A stretch of DNA of 63,585 nt, the filler included, from Sluysia triapertura (taxonomy: Eukaryota): assembly GCA_046118255.1 (NCBI GenBank). It is 5 parts of 5 records of this genome, joined end to end, with 100 filler letters (N's around TTAATTAATTAA, not from the genome) between each part and the next. Parts side by side here need not be neighbours in the genome. Positions count along the whole stretch, not along the records: positions 1 to 17,321 come from JBJNIA010188055.1; positions 17,422 to 28,555 come from JBJNIA010188421.1; 3 more parts are not named here. The stretch is one strand, 5' to 3'. The notes under the pieces are model-generated. The model was not told the DNA's origin. It did no database searches and saw nothing but the letters and a program-made list of their open reading frames with translations. The translations under genes were made by a program, and so were the position numbers. Below, in pieces: positions 14,934 to 28,655 of the stretch. How positions within the stretch are numbered: the stretch's first letter is position 1; each line of letters opens with the position of its first letter.

Positions 14934-15091
14934 TATCCAGATAATTTCCAGATAGTCGGGAATTCAATGTAATTATTTTGCATGCCTACTAAACATGGTT
15001 GGTTTTATGCCGACCAACTAGTAAGATGAAATTTCAATATTAATTTCCAATGAATTTCCGACTTTAGATTATCTGACAATTATCTGGGGAT
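14934..15091. mobile_element. Foldback MITE
   Basis: Arms TATCCAGATAATT..GTCGGGAATTC and GAATTTCCGAC..AATTATCTGGGATA flank a central TGGTTGG/CCGACCA hairpin. Related to 18020-18140 and 33311-33397. Confidence 0.65.
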
Positions 15092-16578
15092 AATGAGTTT
15101 TGTGAAGAACAAACGCATATCTCTTTAAAATACTCGAATCACAATTTAATACCACAATTAGAATTATACAAACAAATATAAAAATGCATCATTCTAATTT
15201 ACCCGTATTTATAATCTAATATAAAATTTCTTTTAATAACAATATATTATATCATACGTCACACGTCAATCTCAATAGCGTATACTGACTTGTTTCTTTA
15301 TAATCTTTAATCTGATATACACTTTATTAATGCTCAGACATTGGAAAGTATTTAATCTTTAATTTTAAATTACAAAATTAATTAAAATAACTAATTTTTA
15401 CTTTATCTACGTTGGCGTGTTTCGCAATACTTCATCACTGGAACCAATAATAAAACTCAACATGAAACACTAAATTTAATATTATTATAATATGAGCAAA
15501 CATTTCCATTGGGTTATTAAATTAAATAAATTTTAATTAAGTTAATTAACAAATGTACTTTAATGCTTTAACAAATCAAACTTTTTACAGGGTTATTTTT
15601 TCGTATCTCTCACTATTCTATTTCGATTCCAAATATTTTCTATGGTTATCTTACTATTGCAGTTCATCATAATGCCTCGTCTTAGTTCTTTAATAATGTG
15701 GAACCTATTCTGTCATTCTTAGTTTTGACCCTTAAATCTACCATTATTCTTCACCAACCCAACAGTTCGAACGTGAAAATTTTCCTCTAGAAATAAATTT
15801 TTTCAGCAAGCTGGGAGTGTTTAGGCAGAGTATGAATGCAGGGCTGGACTAAATCGTTTGAGATGTCTATTTCAGGTTCTTCACGCTCCGTGTCCAGAGA
15901 CTGTCACACGTCTTATTCTGAATTTTTTCAAAGAGATTCTTCCTGAAAACTGTCATTGCGACTAAGAAAAACAATTGCAGCTGTATCTTTCAAAAATTAA
16001 TAAGAGTAATCGGAATTTATCCGATTACAGTCACTTTTATCGGTTTTATTTAAAGTAACCACTAATGAGAGGATATTTAAATTGAAATTTTTAAACAAAT
16101 ATTTAAACTAGATTTTTATACTGTTTTTAATTTTAATTTTTATAATTTTCATATAAAATTTAGTGTAATACACCATGTAGTATTATATGTAGTGATTAAT
16201 TTATTTATTACTTTATTAATTAAATTTTTAACATTTGATATTTTCTTAGCTTTATATTTACGGATTTTAACAATACATTTAATATTTTTTAAGAATTGTT
16301 ACTTTATTCCTAAACTTATAAAGTATTTAAGCTTTTATCGAGGTCAGGAATATGTTAAATATTGCGACGTTACTCGAAAGGTGGTATTTGCATACGTTAA
16401 CTCTTTTTAAATTTATTTGACTAATAATGGTTTTGGTCAAGTTGAGTAAACCAATGTAGGTATATATGAAAGTAATTTTTCTGAAACTGCGGAAATTAAT
16501 ACATTTTTATGCGGCTTGGGTTTTATTGTTTCATTTTTTTAATATCTGGTGTCAGACATTTTCTTCGGGAATGAGATA

Positions 16579-17321
16579 TGTTGGGATTCGCAAGAATGTG
16601 TTAGGAAATTAGGGAGAAACATATTATAGAGCTATAGAATGAAGAGAGGACTGGTATAAATTGATGGATTGAACAATATAAACATTGTCGAAAAAGAATC
16701 ATGAAAATAAAAAGCAGCTAAAGTATACCTTGATATTCCAAAGAACTATATAAGGTATGGAGGCCTTTTGAAGGCTTGAAATGTACCTGAAAAACCTTTG
16801 AAGGTATTCGAACACCTTTGAGCTTGTTAATTTTGAGATCATCTAAGACTCTATTAACTTTTAAGTATTCTGGAAACCTTAATAAGCATCAAAGGTCTTC
16901 GAATAATATTATAAAGTGTATAAAATCTTTAAAATATTTGAGAAATAAAATCTTTGTTCAAAATAATAAAGATAAGTTTAATGTGGTAATAATAAACATG
17001 AAAAATTAGAAAATGAATCAGAATGGTGAAGGTGAAAACATCTAGAGCCTCCTAAATGCCTTATAAACAACTAAATAACTTTAAAACCTCAATAAAACCT
17101 TTAAACATAGAGTAAGATTAAGTCTAAAAATGGATTAATTAATTAAAAATCTTAATTAACTTAATTAAGAAAAAGTACGCTTTTGTGAATAACTTTTGAA
17201 TGCGAAATGCTATGATAAATTTGAAACTGTGTATGTATTTGTTCTGAAAAGACCTTTCGATGAAGGTATGGTTTGACCGAGTTCATGCAAGGAAAGCCTT
17301 AATATTGAGCAAAGTCAAATT
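16579..17321 (+). mobile_element. Dispersed repeat family A (starts TGTTGGGATT), unclassified
   Basis: Colinear similarity with 31366-32230 (+), 47490-47806 (+), 49870-50540 (-) and 45360-45585 (-). Truncated by a gap. Confidence 0.85.
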
Positions 17322-17421
17322 NNNNNNNNNNNNNNNNNNNNNNNNNNNNNNNNNNNNNNNNNNNNTTAATTAATTAANNNNNNNNNNNNNNNNNNNNNNN
17401 NNNNNNNNNNNNNNNNNNNNN
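17322..17421. other. Artificial contig spacer N44-TTAATTAATTAA-N44
   Basis: 100-nt spacer containing a six-frame stop linker. Confidence 0.98.
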
Positions 17422-19464
17422 AAATACAAATCCTCCGAACATATTTAAAATACACGCACCATCTTTCTTGGGATCAAAAATAAATCGAAAAAAAGTCTTC
17501 CTAAAGTTATTTTCACATTTTTTAAAATCCTGTTTAAATGATTGCAAAATCAAAAGTAATTAAACCTCAATAGTACAAGGACAGGGAGCTAACGAGTTTT
17601 ATTAAACTCAAATAAAATCTGAATTTCAATTAAGATATAAGTGAAATTTAATCACTAACACCTTCATAACTTTATCTTTAAAAAATTGTATAATATTCGG
17701 ATCACAGGCAAACTCTAAATTATTATTACAATTATGATTGTAGGATTTCAGTAAGAAACCACATCATAATCAAAGTATATATCAAATTAGTCTTCATTAA
17801 GAAACCAAATCAGACGAATTATTGAAATCTACGCTTAACGTGCGGTCAACGTATCACGTATTATATTAAAAATAGTTGTGGAAAAGAAGTTTTGTATTTA
17901 ATTGATTTTATGTTTAATTTAAGTTAATGTATTATTTAAACAATAAACTTTATTATGATAATCATGTTAAATACGGTAATAAGGTAAAAGAATTGTTCGT
18001 CAAAAATATTAATACCTTTGGGTAATAGTCGGGAGATTATAAATTAGAAATCGACGGAAATTATCGTCAAAATTTAAATATTAAGATTGGTCTGCTTATA
18101 GCCGACTCAAAAAATAAGTTATTACTTCTTTATTCCGATTTTTAATCTACTCTGCTACATAGCGATCGCATTTTTGGTAAATATTCAGTAATAAATGGCA
18201 GAATATAAAATTTCACTTCCCGCAAAAAACTGCTTCAACACGTTTGCGGTAGACATTGCGACTGAAGCTTGGTCTGTAGCAAATGACTAAATTTTGTGCT
18301 GATATTTTTATTATTATTGTCGTTATATTTGTTTTGTTAAATATGGCATTAACATTTTGCGTGTTGCGTCACTCCCGGATTGTGAGTATTGTATTTTGTT
18401 AATTGATTGTGCAAAGTCATTGCTTTATAACTGAGAATTTGTATTTATTCTGTGATTATTAAGAATATATTATGAATAAAGAATAACAAATAATTTGTGT
18501 CTCTTTTGTAATTGTTAAAATATATCTAGATTTCAGACTACTTTAATTTTCTTACCAGGTTATTAATAATAATTTTAAAGAAAATAATAATAATTATTAT
18601 TATTTAATATTTAATCGAGAATTAATTTAATAAAAATATAATCTATAGTATAAAAACTTGATAATCTTAGTAATTATATTAGAAACTTTTTAAACCATTC
18701 AGAAATCAAAATTTAAATGAAAGAAAACTGAAACTAAGAAATGGATTTATCCACTTAATTATCAAGTGGAAAAAGTTACGAATCACAAACAAAATACATT
18801 TGACTTTGTTAAAACAGAAATAAAGAAGCAAAGACCCAATCACAAAGTAAAATAAAACCAATTCGAAAATTAGAAATACATCTGAATATATAAGTGAATT
18901 ATAAAATGGCCAAACCAATATTAGAGTAGATTAATTAATGTATAGATGAAATTGACTTTATTATCACAATTATGCATATGTTAGAATAATTCATTTGGTG
19001 ATGCGATCGAATCTTGCTTGAACATATACTTTTGAGCTGTCAAATTTGTGTGTTTGTGTGTGTAAAAATTTATTTTAATAAGTGATACTCTATAAAATTT
19101 GTGTGGGCTTGAATTAACTTTTAGTCTCTGGTAATAATCTAAACTTCTTTAATAATATTTTAACTTTATATTACTACTTAAATTTATACCAAGGTATAAT
19201 CTTTTATTGATGTAAAATTTAAATCTAAAATGTAATAGTATATTTTTCATTTTTTATATCTTGTTTTATTTTAATTTGGAAGTACTTACGTTTTTCTAAA
19301 ACTTATCTGCTATCAATATGAATTACAAATTCCCATAGTAATATTTACTTATCTATCTAGAAGTGTGAGTTAGGATACTCGTCCGAGTTGTTCGCATGAA
19401 AGTGCTATTATTTAATTAAATTCTTGTTACTAACAGTCGATGCCTTAATCAAATTCTTATAACT

Positions 19465-20750
19465 GTGTGGTGGCCAACACGGTTGCGAAAAATTTTAAAC
19501 ACGCCACAACACATCAATATTTAGATCTACACACATCCAAAATTTACTAAATTTGCGCTTTAAAATCCAAAGTATGTGATGACGTATCTGTATATCTGTA
19601 TTTATGTTTATGATTATTGGACATTGTAATACACTTTTTAATTAATTTATTAATATTATTATTCATTTATTAATTATTAATAACAAGTGATAATATTTTC
19701 GATTCTTGAAAAAATTATTCTATATTTTAATAATTGATAATATTTTTAGGAAATAATTCTTCTTAAAGAAATAAACTAACTTAAGTGCTTATTAATTTAT
19801 AAAAATAATTTTAAATATTAATTAAAATAGTTTTAAATTATTTCATTTTAAATAGTTTTGTTTTAAATTACTTCAAGGACACTACAAAAAAATACATAAA
19901 TACACAAAAAAATTTTTACAACCCACAATAAAATTTCAAAAAAAACTACAATAGCGTTTCGTTGATAAGGAAAACTTCTCTTCAATTGATAACGTAATAG
20001 AATTACAGTCCAAGACACACTTCTTCTCAAGGAACATTCAACTGATCAAAAATTTCTTTTTGTTTAACGATAATTTAAACATTAGTTTATTTTTGTAGAT
20101 TTCGATACTTATAAAATCCACTCAAAATCTATTTTTAAAGATATACATAACCTTTTAAGGGTTCCTACAAAAAATCAGATTAAAATTTATTGTAAAACAA
20201 AATATTGACTTTAGTCGTTAATCACTCAACGTTTTATTTCTTAATTATAATTATTGAATTTTTTGTAAAACTTTTATTATTATACATTCAATGAAAAAGT
20301 CTTATTATTTGAGTAACAAATAATTTACATAGTTTCAAAATCATAAAATCGCTCGTGTATCAAAAGCTTTATCAGAATTTAATTCTGATCACGTAAAATC
20401 AATTATTACAAATCATTTTCATAGGATTTACGAAAACTATCCCTTAAATAATTCAACTCTTATTTTTCAGTTAATATTTGAGTTTACTCCAATTTTCTTT
20501 AAAATACCTTCAGAGCTTAAACATTTAGATAATTAATCTTTAAATTATTATTTGACAGCAAATTATTCGAATAACCTTATTCACAGATTCTTTAGAACCT
20601 TAGGAAGTTATTCCTACCTTTACTTAAACAATCTTTTCTCTATAAATCCAACGGCTAACCCTAACTGGTAAGCCTAGTACGTTGGTGGACTCACGTAAAA
20701 ATTTTATTTTATTCTATAAGGATCTTATTTACTTTTAAAATCCCCACAAA
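19465..20750 (+). mobile_element. Unclassified TGT...ACA repeat with decayed spliced ORF (family B)
   Basis: Begins TGTGTGGTGGCC and has an acceptor ttttgtAG at ~20098. The decayed ORF ends in the conserved block 20646-20697. Similar to 54691-55500 (-). Confidence 0.55.
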
Positions 20751-21087
20751 TGTAACGAAATGAAATTTCTATTAAAGACCTTCAATTTTACTAACTTTCT
20801 TTTAGAACTCTTTTTCTTATTCATTTTCACTTCTCCTTAACCTCCTATCTAATTGTTTTCTAAACTCACGTTTTCTATTATCTCCTTTTAATTCTTTGCT
20901 ACAATATAGTCTCATGTTAATTCAAAAGTAACTACTCCGCTAAATTAATCGGATAGCAAACTGTCAAGTTAAAGTAATTTGAATCTCGATAAAAGGATAG
21001 AAGAAATCAACATAAAATACCGTCGAAAATTAATAACAAGAGTTATGTTCAGAACTAGATCAAGTGTTAGATTCGATTCAAAAATAA

Positions 21088-22787
21088 ATGATTCAAGAAC
21101 GAAATCAGAAAAAGAATTATGAAGAATTCCTAGTTAGTCCCACGAAGATGGAACAGTTTCGAGTAGAACAGGAACGGAGGAATAAAGATTTCAATAGAAA
21201 TAATCAAAATAAAATTAATTCACAACGTTTTGTACATAATAATAATAATGAAAATATTAATATTAATGCTATTCAAAACCAAGCCCCAATTCAGCTGCAA
21301 ATAAGTAATAATAAACTTCCGCTTTGTCGTAATATTTCTCAGTTAAAAACGACTGATGACCAAAACACTATTTTACAACAGCAAAGAATGATGGATCAAC
21401 AGATTAAGCAAAATGTAGCACAGCATGTCTTACAGAAATTGCAAGTATCTACTAAAAATCAAAATGCTCATCAGCAACAAATGATAAATTTTCTTCAACA
21501 ACAACAACAAACGAATACGGTACATTCACAGTCACAACAAAATCTAGTACAATATATTTTACAACAAGATTTACAATCAACATCTAATGATGTATTAACT
21601 TCATCTTCAATGGCGCCTTTAGTTTCAAGTCAACATGAACAACAAAAATCAAGTATCAATGCTTCAATTTTACAAAATCCTAATAGTGTGGCCTATCTGA
21701 AATTACTACAAGCTCTTTTAATTCAGAATAAAGGTTTAAATTTATATTGATTTAAATAATGAAATTAATAAGTCAGTTGATGCTAACTTTGGATGAGTTA
21801 AATCTGTAAAACCTTACTGTTAATTATTTCTTGAATTGAATCATTTCTTTTTTGTTCTGCTTTCTCGTTTCTTTTACTATATTTGCATAATTTTCATTTT
21901 AGAGTAATATCAAAATATATCTTCTAATTTCTATTTGTTGGATGATCGATTATTTCATGTTCATGTATCTTTTCAGAAAATAATTTCCCAAAGAATTCTA
22001 AATAATAACTTTTATTTTATTGTTAATATTTAAACGTTTTCTCATAATTTTTATTCTTACACAATTGTTTAAAATCCTAAAACATAATAGTCAATATACC
22101 GTCAAATAGTATTACTATTGTAATTAAAATATTGACATCAAAAAAATTCAATGTTCAATTCAAAACAGGAAGTGCAATTAAATAATGATTCTGTTCTTGA
22201 TATTAATGATTATTATGAATACGTGTATATCGGGAAGATGAATAAATTTTTAAATGATATTTAATTTAATTCGAAAAACCGATAGAACCAAATAGTATCA
22301 CCATTTTCTGTTAGTCCTGGTGATATTGGTAAGATTCGTTAATATAACAATTTAGAACATAGAGCCATTTTAAAATGTTCTAAATAAGATTGAAAAAATT
22401 AATTTTATTAAATCAATTCATCTTAGTTAGGCTAAATTAAAACATCTTAATCACAATACAGAGCTTTTATTTTGAAAATTACTCATTATTACTTCGATAA
22501 TAATAATTATTATTAATTTAGGTGTTTCTGATGATCAAATATTACAGTTACATCAGTTACTGAATTTGATACAAAACAATCCATTGTTAATTGGAAATAT
22601 TATGCAAATATTTCAAAGCAATAATGGTAATAATGTTGATAATAATGGTAATACTATAAATCTTATGAACTTTTTGTACAAAAGCTTCAATATTCAACAA
22701 CAATTGCGCAATAATGGCAATAACAATAATAATAATAATAGTAATGATGGTAATAATAGTAGTAATATAGAATCTAATAATAATTAA
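21088..22787 (+). CDS. Gln/Asn-rich low-complexity protein; exons 21088-21733 and 22522-22787 (5' end uncertain)
   Basis: The 220-aa ORF has a donor AAAG|GT at 21733. The acceptor tttAG at 22520-22521 joins in frame (G-VSDDQILQLHQLLNLIQNNP) to the 22566 ORF. Confidence 0.65.
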
Positions 22788-23683
22788 AATTTACTACTTT
22801 TTGTTGTTAGTAAGTAATATTTGGAAAAAATTTTGTTCACGATCTCGAATCTATTTTGTAATATTTTGGATGAGTCTGACATTAATATATAAATAATTTG
22901 AGTGGGCGGGTATTAGAGTTGTTTATTTTTATTTTGTATTATTTACTGAGATATCAATTTCATGGTGCTCAATGTGTATTTTTGTACTTTAAAACGAGTT
23001 TTTAAAAATTTTATTGCTGTTTATTAAATATACAAATTGTTTGGTTTATATTTTTGTATGTAATTTGTTAGGAATTATTTTACTTTTTTAAACAAAAATT
23101 ATGAACACATCACAAACATGCTCAAATTTAAAACGTTGAAGCGTAATATTTGTACTCTAGTTTGGAGTAGTTTTCAATCCAACGACAATGACTTCAATAA
23201 ATTAATCACAGTTTAAAATTAATTCATACACACATTATTGATCAAAATGGCTATTAAAACTTTGATCATAAAAGGAATGTGTGCACATTTATATAATTAT
23301 TAAAATAAAAATATTAGTTATGAATTAAAAAAAATAAAACAATTACTATTAAAAAGGAGTTTTAGGTTAATTTTAAATTATAACTAAGTAAACAAATGCA
23401 ACAGAATATATAAACACCTTTTGAATGTAAATTCTGTATTATTACGTCATGAAGTCAAGCTTGTGTAATGGAATTTCTATTATATAATTTATTCTTTAAA
23501 ATATAAAATGAAATAGCTTTCATTCTCAGACTTAGAGTGTAATGATGCCCAAAACTATCGCAATAACAACTAAATCCAATTTCACGAATATAGCATACGA
23601 GGAAGACGTGGAGTGACATTTCAAAATAATTATTCATGTTGATTATGCATATTTTACAATAATAAAGATAATGCCAGGTCTAT

Positions 23684-23838
23684 TAGACTTCATAAAATTG
23701 ACTGACCGGGGATCGAACCCGGGACCATCGCTGCGCAGTTCGATTGCTCTGCCACTAAGCTATCAGCCCCGTTTAACAATTTTTATTTTATTATAGTCAA
23801 TTTTACCAAATGGCACATTAGGCCTTTTTACCCCCAAC
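23684..23838 (-). mobile_element. tRNA-derived repeat (SINE-like; tRNA-like part 23698-23769)
   Basis: GGGCTGATAGCTTAGTGGCAGAGC...GGTCCCGGGTTCGATCCCCGGTCAGTC has A and B boxes and intact D and T arms, but the anticodon stem is out of register. Flanks are shared with other copies. Confidence 0.8.
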
Positions 23839-26126
23839 AAAAGAATAAAACTCAGAATCAATTAGGCCACTTGCCTATAGACTAATTTATATAGGAAGAT
23901 AGTGAAAAGATTAAAGTACTACTATTTGTAAATTTTCATCTGAAACGACTAAGTTTTTATAAACAAGGCTCATAAAGTTTGTAAACCGTTAATTAAGTCC
24001 CTGTTGAACTCAAAACTGCATTTATAATCTTATTATATACAAATAATATATCACTAACATAAAACACCTACAACTTTTCATATTACATCATCAATAACTC
24101 TTTACGGTTTAACACCAATCCTTTTATATCGCAATAAAAATTATCCAAAACCACATTCATCAACCTTTTAGTACGTCTTTCAACTTATTTCACTTTAGTC
24201 CTAATCCTTCGTAATATATGAATCATCAAATCACAATATTTCTTAACGATAAATGTAATAATAATAAATTAAATAATATTAAATAAATGTTTATATATAT
24301 GGTCACTATATATTATATATATTATCATTATTATTTGTAAAAATTATACTTTGTTTAATTTTTTAAAGAATTTATAAAGACATGTAATGTTTTTGTGAGT
24401 AATCAATCAACAAGACCTCATAAAGTCGGTCCACCTACAGTCCTAATCTTACGAGTTACGGCTAGTCCGTAGGATTTTGGTTTTACATTAAATGACGGTC
24501 ACTAATTGGTTTTATGTAATATAACTTTTTTTTACAGTTGAAACTATAAAAATCTTAATCCACGAAATCTGGGTATAATTTTCCTCGTAAATAATCAATT
24601 TAGTAAATAGGATTTTTAAGAATTTTCTTGTATAATAATTTTTTATATAATAATAGATTCTTGTACTAATAATCACATGTATTCTTTGAAGAATCTTGCT
24701 AACGTGTAAATTAAAATACGGTAAAGTTCTAAAAATGATTTTCCTACCGATATAAAATCGATTAAGGACTTTTTTTGATTTTAGTTTATAAATTAAAAAG
24801 ATACTGATCTTAAAAAGATCATTGTAAATTCAACTCTTTAATAATGAACACTTGTAATAATCTCTAAAGTTTAATTAAAATGCGACAAATTAAAAAAAAC
24901 TATATATATAAAATATAAAGGTACTATATAATCGTATTTATATTTTAATGAAAGTATTTCAAGGATCGTATTAAAAACATATTTTACTTGAATTTTGTCA
25001 AATTAATGATCCATGATATCAAACTGAAGTCATGGTAAAATTGTGTTTACAAAAGTACATATGATTTGTGACCTTGAAAGGTCAAATGAATTTATTTAAA
25101 GTTTATGTCAAATTTATCATGAAATTTAAAAATCATTATCATTATTACTATTAATATAATTTACATACTTTAACAGATTTATATAATTTAAATATTTACA
25201 TATAATATAATTATTATTACTATTTATTTTTTGGTTTGCATAAATTATAATATTTGAACATAAATACACAATAAATATAGATTTTAAATTTTGATATTTT
25301 ATTCAAAATTAGATTATTAGATTCAAAATTGGATTTCATATTCGACACAGATGAATGGATGTCCCACGCAGTTTTATTTTGTAATTATTTTAAAAAATAA
25401 TTATGTGCATTGTAGTTAACCCACAAGGTACTGATAAATTAAATTAATGTAAATATTATTGTCTAGAATACCTATTACATAGAATCATAATATGTAAGTA
25501 CGGACGAGATATGCATTCGGTCACCAGCACTCTTGTTATGGCCACGTTTATGTATTCACGCTGAATTGTATAATTATGCCGTATTAAAGTTGCACAGCTT
25601 TAATAATTTGTTAATTAACTTAATTAAAAAAATTAAAATATACAAAATTAAATATTTGTGTATGACTTAAACTTTGTTCATGAATTAAAAATAATTGTTT
25701 TTTAACTCAAATGCAATTATCATCAATTCAGCAACCACATTTAAACGAATAACATAATTAAATAAAAATGTATTACGAATTATTTAAGTTAACATATTTC
25801 ATTAATAAACACATTGTTAAAACAAACTCATACCTAACTTTAATTCAATAAATAAAAATTAAATATAAATTAAAATAGAACAAAGTCATCATAAATATAT
25901 AATAAAATATATTTATTTTAAAATATATGTATATAATAAAATTCATTTTAAAATAATGCTATTTTTATATTTAATGACATTACATTTACCATTTTTGTTT
26001 AAATATGTGATATTACACAATAAAGTATTTTTTAAATATTGTATTAGTATAATTACATCACTGTTTAATATATTCTACTGTTTAATTAAATTCTACATTT
26101 GCAATAACGGAATGTGAAATATTTGT

Positions 26127-26837
26127 TTATACTTTGGAGCCACTACCGACAATTGTTAGAAATTCTTCACGAGTTTTTGGATCATCTCTAAATGTACCAA
26201 GCATTGCACTTGTAACCGTTTTGGCGTTAATTTTCTGTATTCCGCGCATGACCATACACATATGACTTGCTTCAATAATTACTCCGACTCCACTTGGATC
26301 GATTGCTTTTGTCAGTGCTGTAGCAATTTGATTTGTCAATCTTTCTTGAACTTGTAATCTTCGCGAAAATACTTCAACAATTCTGGCTATTTTACTTAAT
26401 CCAATGATTTTTTTCTGCGGCAAGTATCCAATAGATACTTTACCAATAAATGGTACTAAATGATGTTCACACAAAGAAAACATTTCAATATCTCGAACTA
26501 CTACCATATCATCATGATCTTCAATAAAAATAGCATTATTTAAAATATTATCTAAATCATCTTCATAACCCTTAGTAAAATAAAGCATTGCTTTAGCTGC
26601 TCTTTCAGGAGTATTTATCAGACCGCATCGATTAGGATCTTCACCAATATTACGTAAAATGTTTTCATAATTCAATGAAATAGAATCAACTAATTCTTTT
26701 CTGGTATCATCATTAAACTTTGCATCACGTTGATAATCATTTTCTGAAAATTTGCGTCGTAATTTTCGACGATTTTCTAAGAATTTGTCATTATTTGTTG
26801 ATTTAAATATATAATCATGATTAAGATTATTATCCAT
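26127..26837 (-). CDS. GCH1: GTP cyclohydrolase I (intronless)
   Basis: Motifs [62 protein letters not shown] and HMCMVMRG with Zn ligands intact. First ATG at 26837. Confidence 0.97.
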   Translation of the reverse strand: MDNNLNHDYIFKSTNNDKFLENRRKLRRKFSENDYQRDAKFNDDTRKELVDSISLNYENILRNIGEDPNRCGLINTPERAAKAMLYFTKGYEDDLDNILNNAIFIEDHDDMVVVRDIEMFSLCEHHLVPFIGKVSIGYLPQKKIIGLSKIARIVEVFSRRLQVQERLTNQIATALTKAIDPSGVGVIIEASHMCMVMRGIQKINAKTVTSAMLGTFRDDPKTREEFLTIVGSGSKV

Positions 26838-28365
26838 CAAAATAATAAAATTATTTTTCAAATCTAAAAACGAATTATAAAATTTATACTGTGAGTTCAC
26901 TTATTACAACCAATCACAATTGATTATATTTTTATTAAAATTTTCAGATTTTATACTGTTGTAACTTTATTGAAATTTTAAAATAATTCAATAATTTTTC
27001 AAGCATTCACATGACATAAATACTAATAATACAATAATATTATAGTACGTGTATTACGAATATTTCTAATAATATATGGTTTCTAAATAATTATAGTAAA
27101 TAAAAAAATTATTATAAAAATGTTACAAATTAGTGTGTTTGTTTTGCAGATAGGACGAAGTATCATTTTCTTCATTTTAGCAAGGTAAATTTTTAACATA
27201 ATTATAACAAGAAGTACCAATGAATTTTTGTTTTAACCATTTGGCCAAGATAAATTCGAAGAATTTACAAGAGAAAATAAGACCAATCGATCAATATTAT
27301 GTAATTATAAATGACAATACTTCCAATCACAGAGTAAGATTTTAACATTTTCCAATCACTATTGAACATGTTTTGGCAAATTAAAGTCTAAGTTAAAATT
27401 AACCTGAAAATAGGAATTTTGATCTTGTCAATGTATCCAAACATTGATAATGCTAAAAAAATAAAATTGTTTCAGAACTATATGCGAAATATTTACTAAA
27501 GAATACAAGCATACTATTACTCCCCTAATGACATTGAAATAATAATAAATTAAAATATTACTAATAATAATTTGTAATAATAAATTAAAAAATAATATAA
27601 TTATGCTAAAATTATAAATTATAATAATATTTTACGGTATACAGTAATATAGTACGATAACAAGCCCACACATATTATTTGTTAAAAATAGCTGACATAG
27701 CATAAATTGAACAAAGTCATAATTTGTTAAGTCGCATATAGTAAAAAAAATTTGTAAAACTGATCGCAATTGCACTGGTTTTAATTGAAAAATTAATTTG
27801 TTTCCTAACTGTACAAATGTGTTACCTCTTAGGGTTCATCTACGATCTACGATTTGTGAATTTAACTCTCAAAGTTTTATATAACGTGTTGACTCAAATC
27901 GTTTATTAATTATCGAATTAATAAATGCTAAACAAAATTTTCGTTAATTGTTTAAAATTTTACACTCCTGAATCATTAAGGTTATGTTTCAAAATCAAGT
28001 TGTTACTATACAACTCTATTTACTCTTCGGATCTTTATCGTATATTACTTTAATTATTTCCACTATGAGCAAATATTTTTACTCAAACTTTTCCTTTTAT
28101 TGCTTCTAAACTATCTTATTTTATTCGTTATTTTGAAGTAATAATTCGGACTCAAAAATTAATAATGTGTACTATATAAAAAAAACTTCTTAGACTAGAA
28201 CTAATACCAAACTTTCTAACTAAACTGAATTAATATGAACAAAATAATAACTCGAACACAACAGTAAATAATGTACATTATACAAACTTTTTAAACTACA
28301 GTCAATACAATCATCTTCATAATCCTTAGTAAAATAAAGGGTTATAAATAATAATAATATATATA

Positions 28366-28555
28366 TGTAAGAACTTTAGAATAAAAGAAAAGTTTAATTT
28401 AAAGCTGTGAGTTCACCAAAGTACTGGACTTACCAGCGAGGGCCAGCCGTTGGATTTTTACGTAAAGATAAAAAATGTTTTAATAAAATCTCAGAACTTC
28501 TTAACTAAAAATCTGGAGTTAACTTAATATTATTTTAATCTATTCTATTAACTTT
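28366..28555 (-). repeat. Family B 3' end
   Basis: Conserved block at 28405-28457 and terminal TGT at 28366. Confidence 0.65.
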
Positions 28556-28655
28556 NNNNNNNNNNNNNNNNNNNNNNNNNNNNNNNNNNNNNNNNNNNNT
28601 TAATTAATTAANNNNNNNNNNNNNNNNNNNNNNNNNNNNNNNNNNNNNNNNNNNN
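28556..28655. other. Artificial contig spacer
   Basis: N44-TTAATTAATTAA-N44. Confidence 0.98.

Noticed and set aside
20655-20667. CTAACCCTAACTG, identical to the vertebrate telomerase RNA template region
   Set aside because: Present in only one of five family B copies (consensus CTAGCCCTAAC). No pseudoknot or H/ACA elements were recognised.
25460-25600. Minus-strand peptide YINVAITRV resembling SF1 helicase motif VI
   Set aside because: Isolated 7-residue match with no other helicase motifs nearby.
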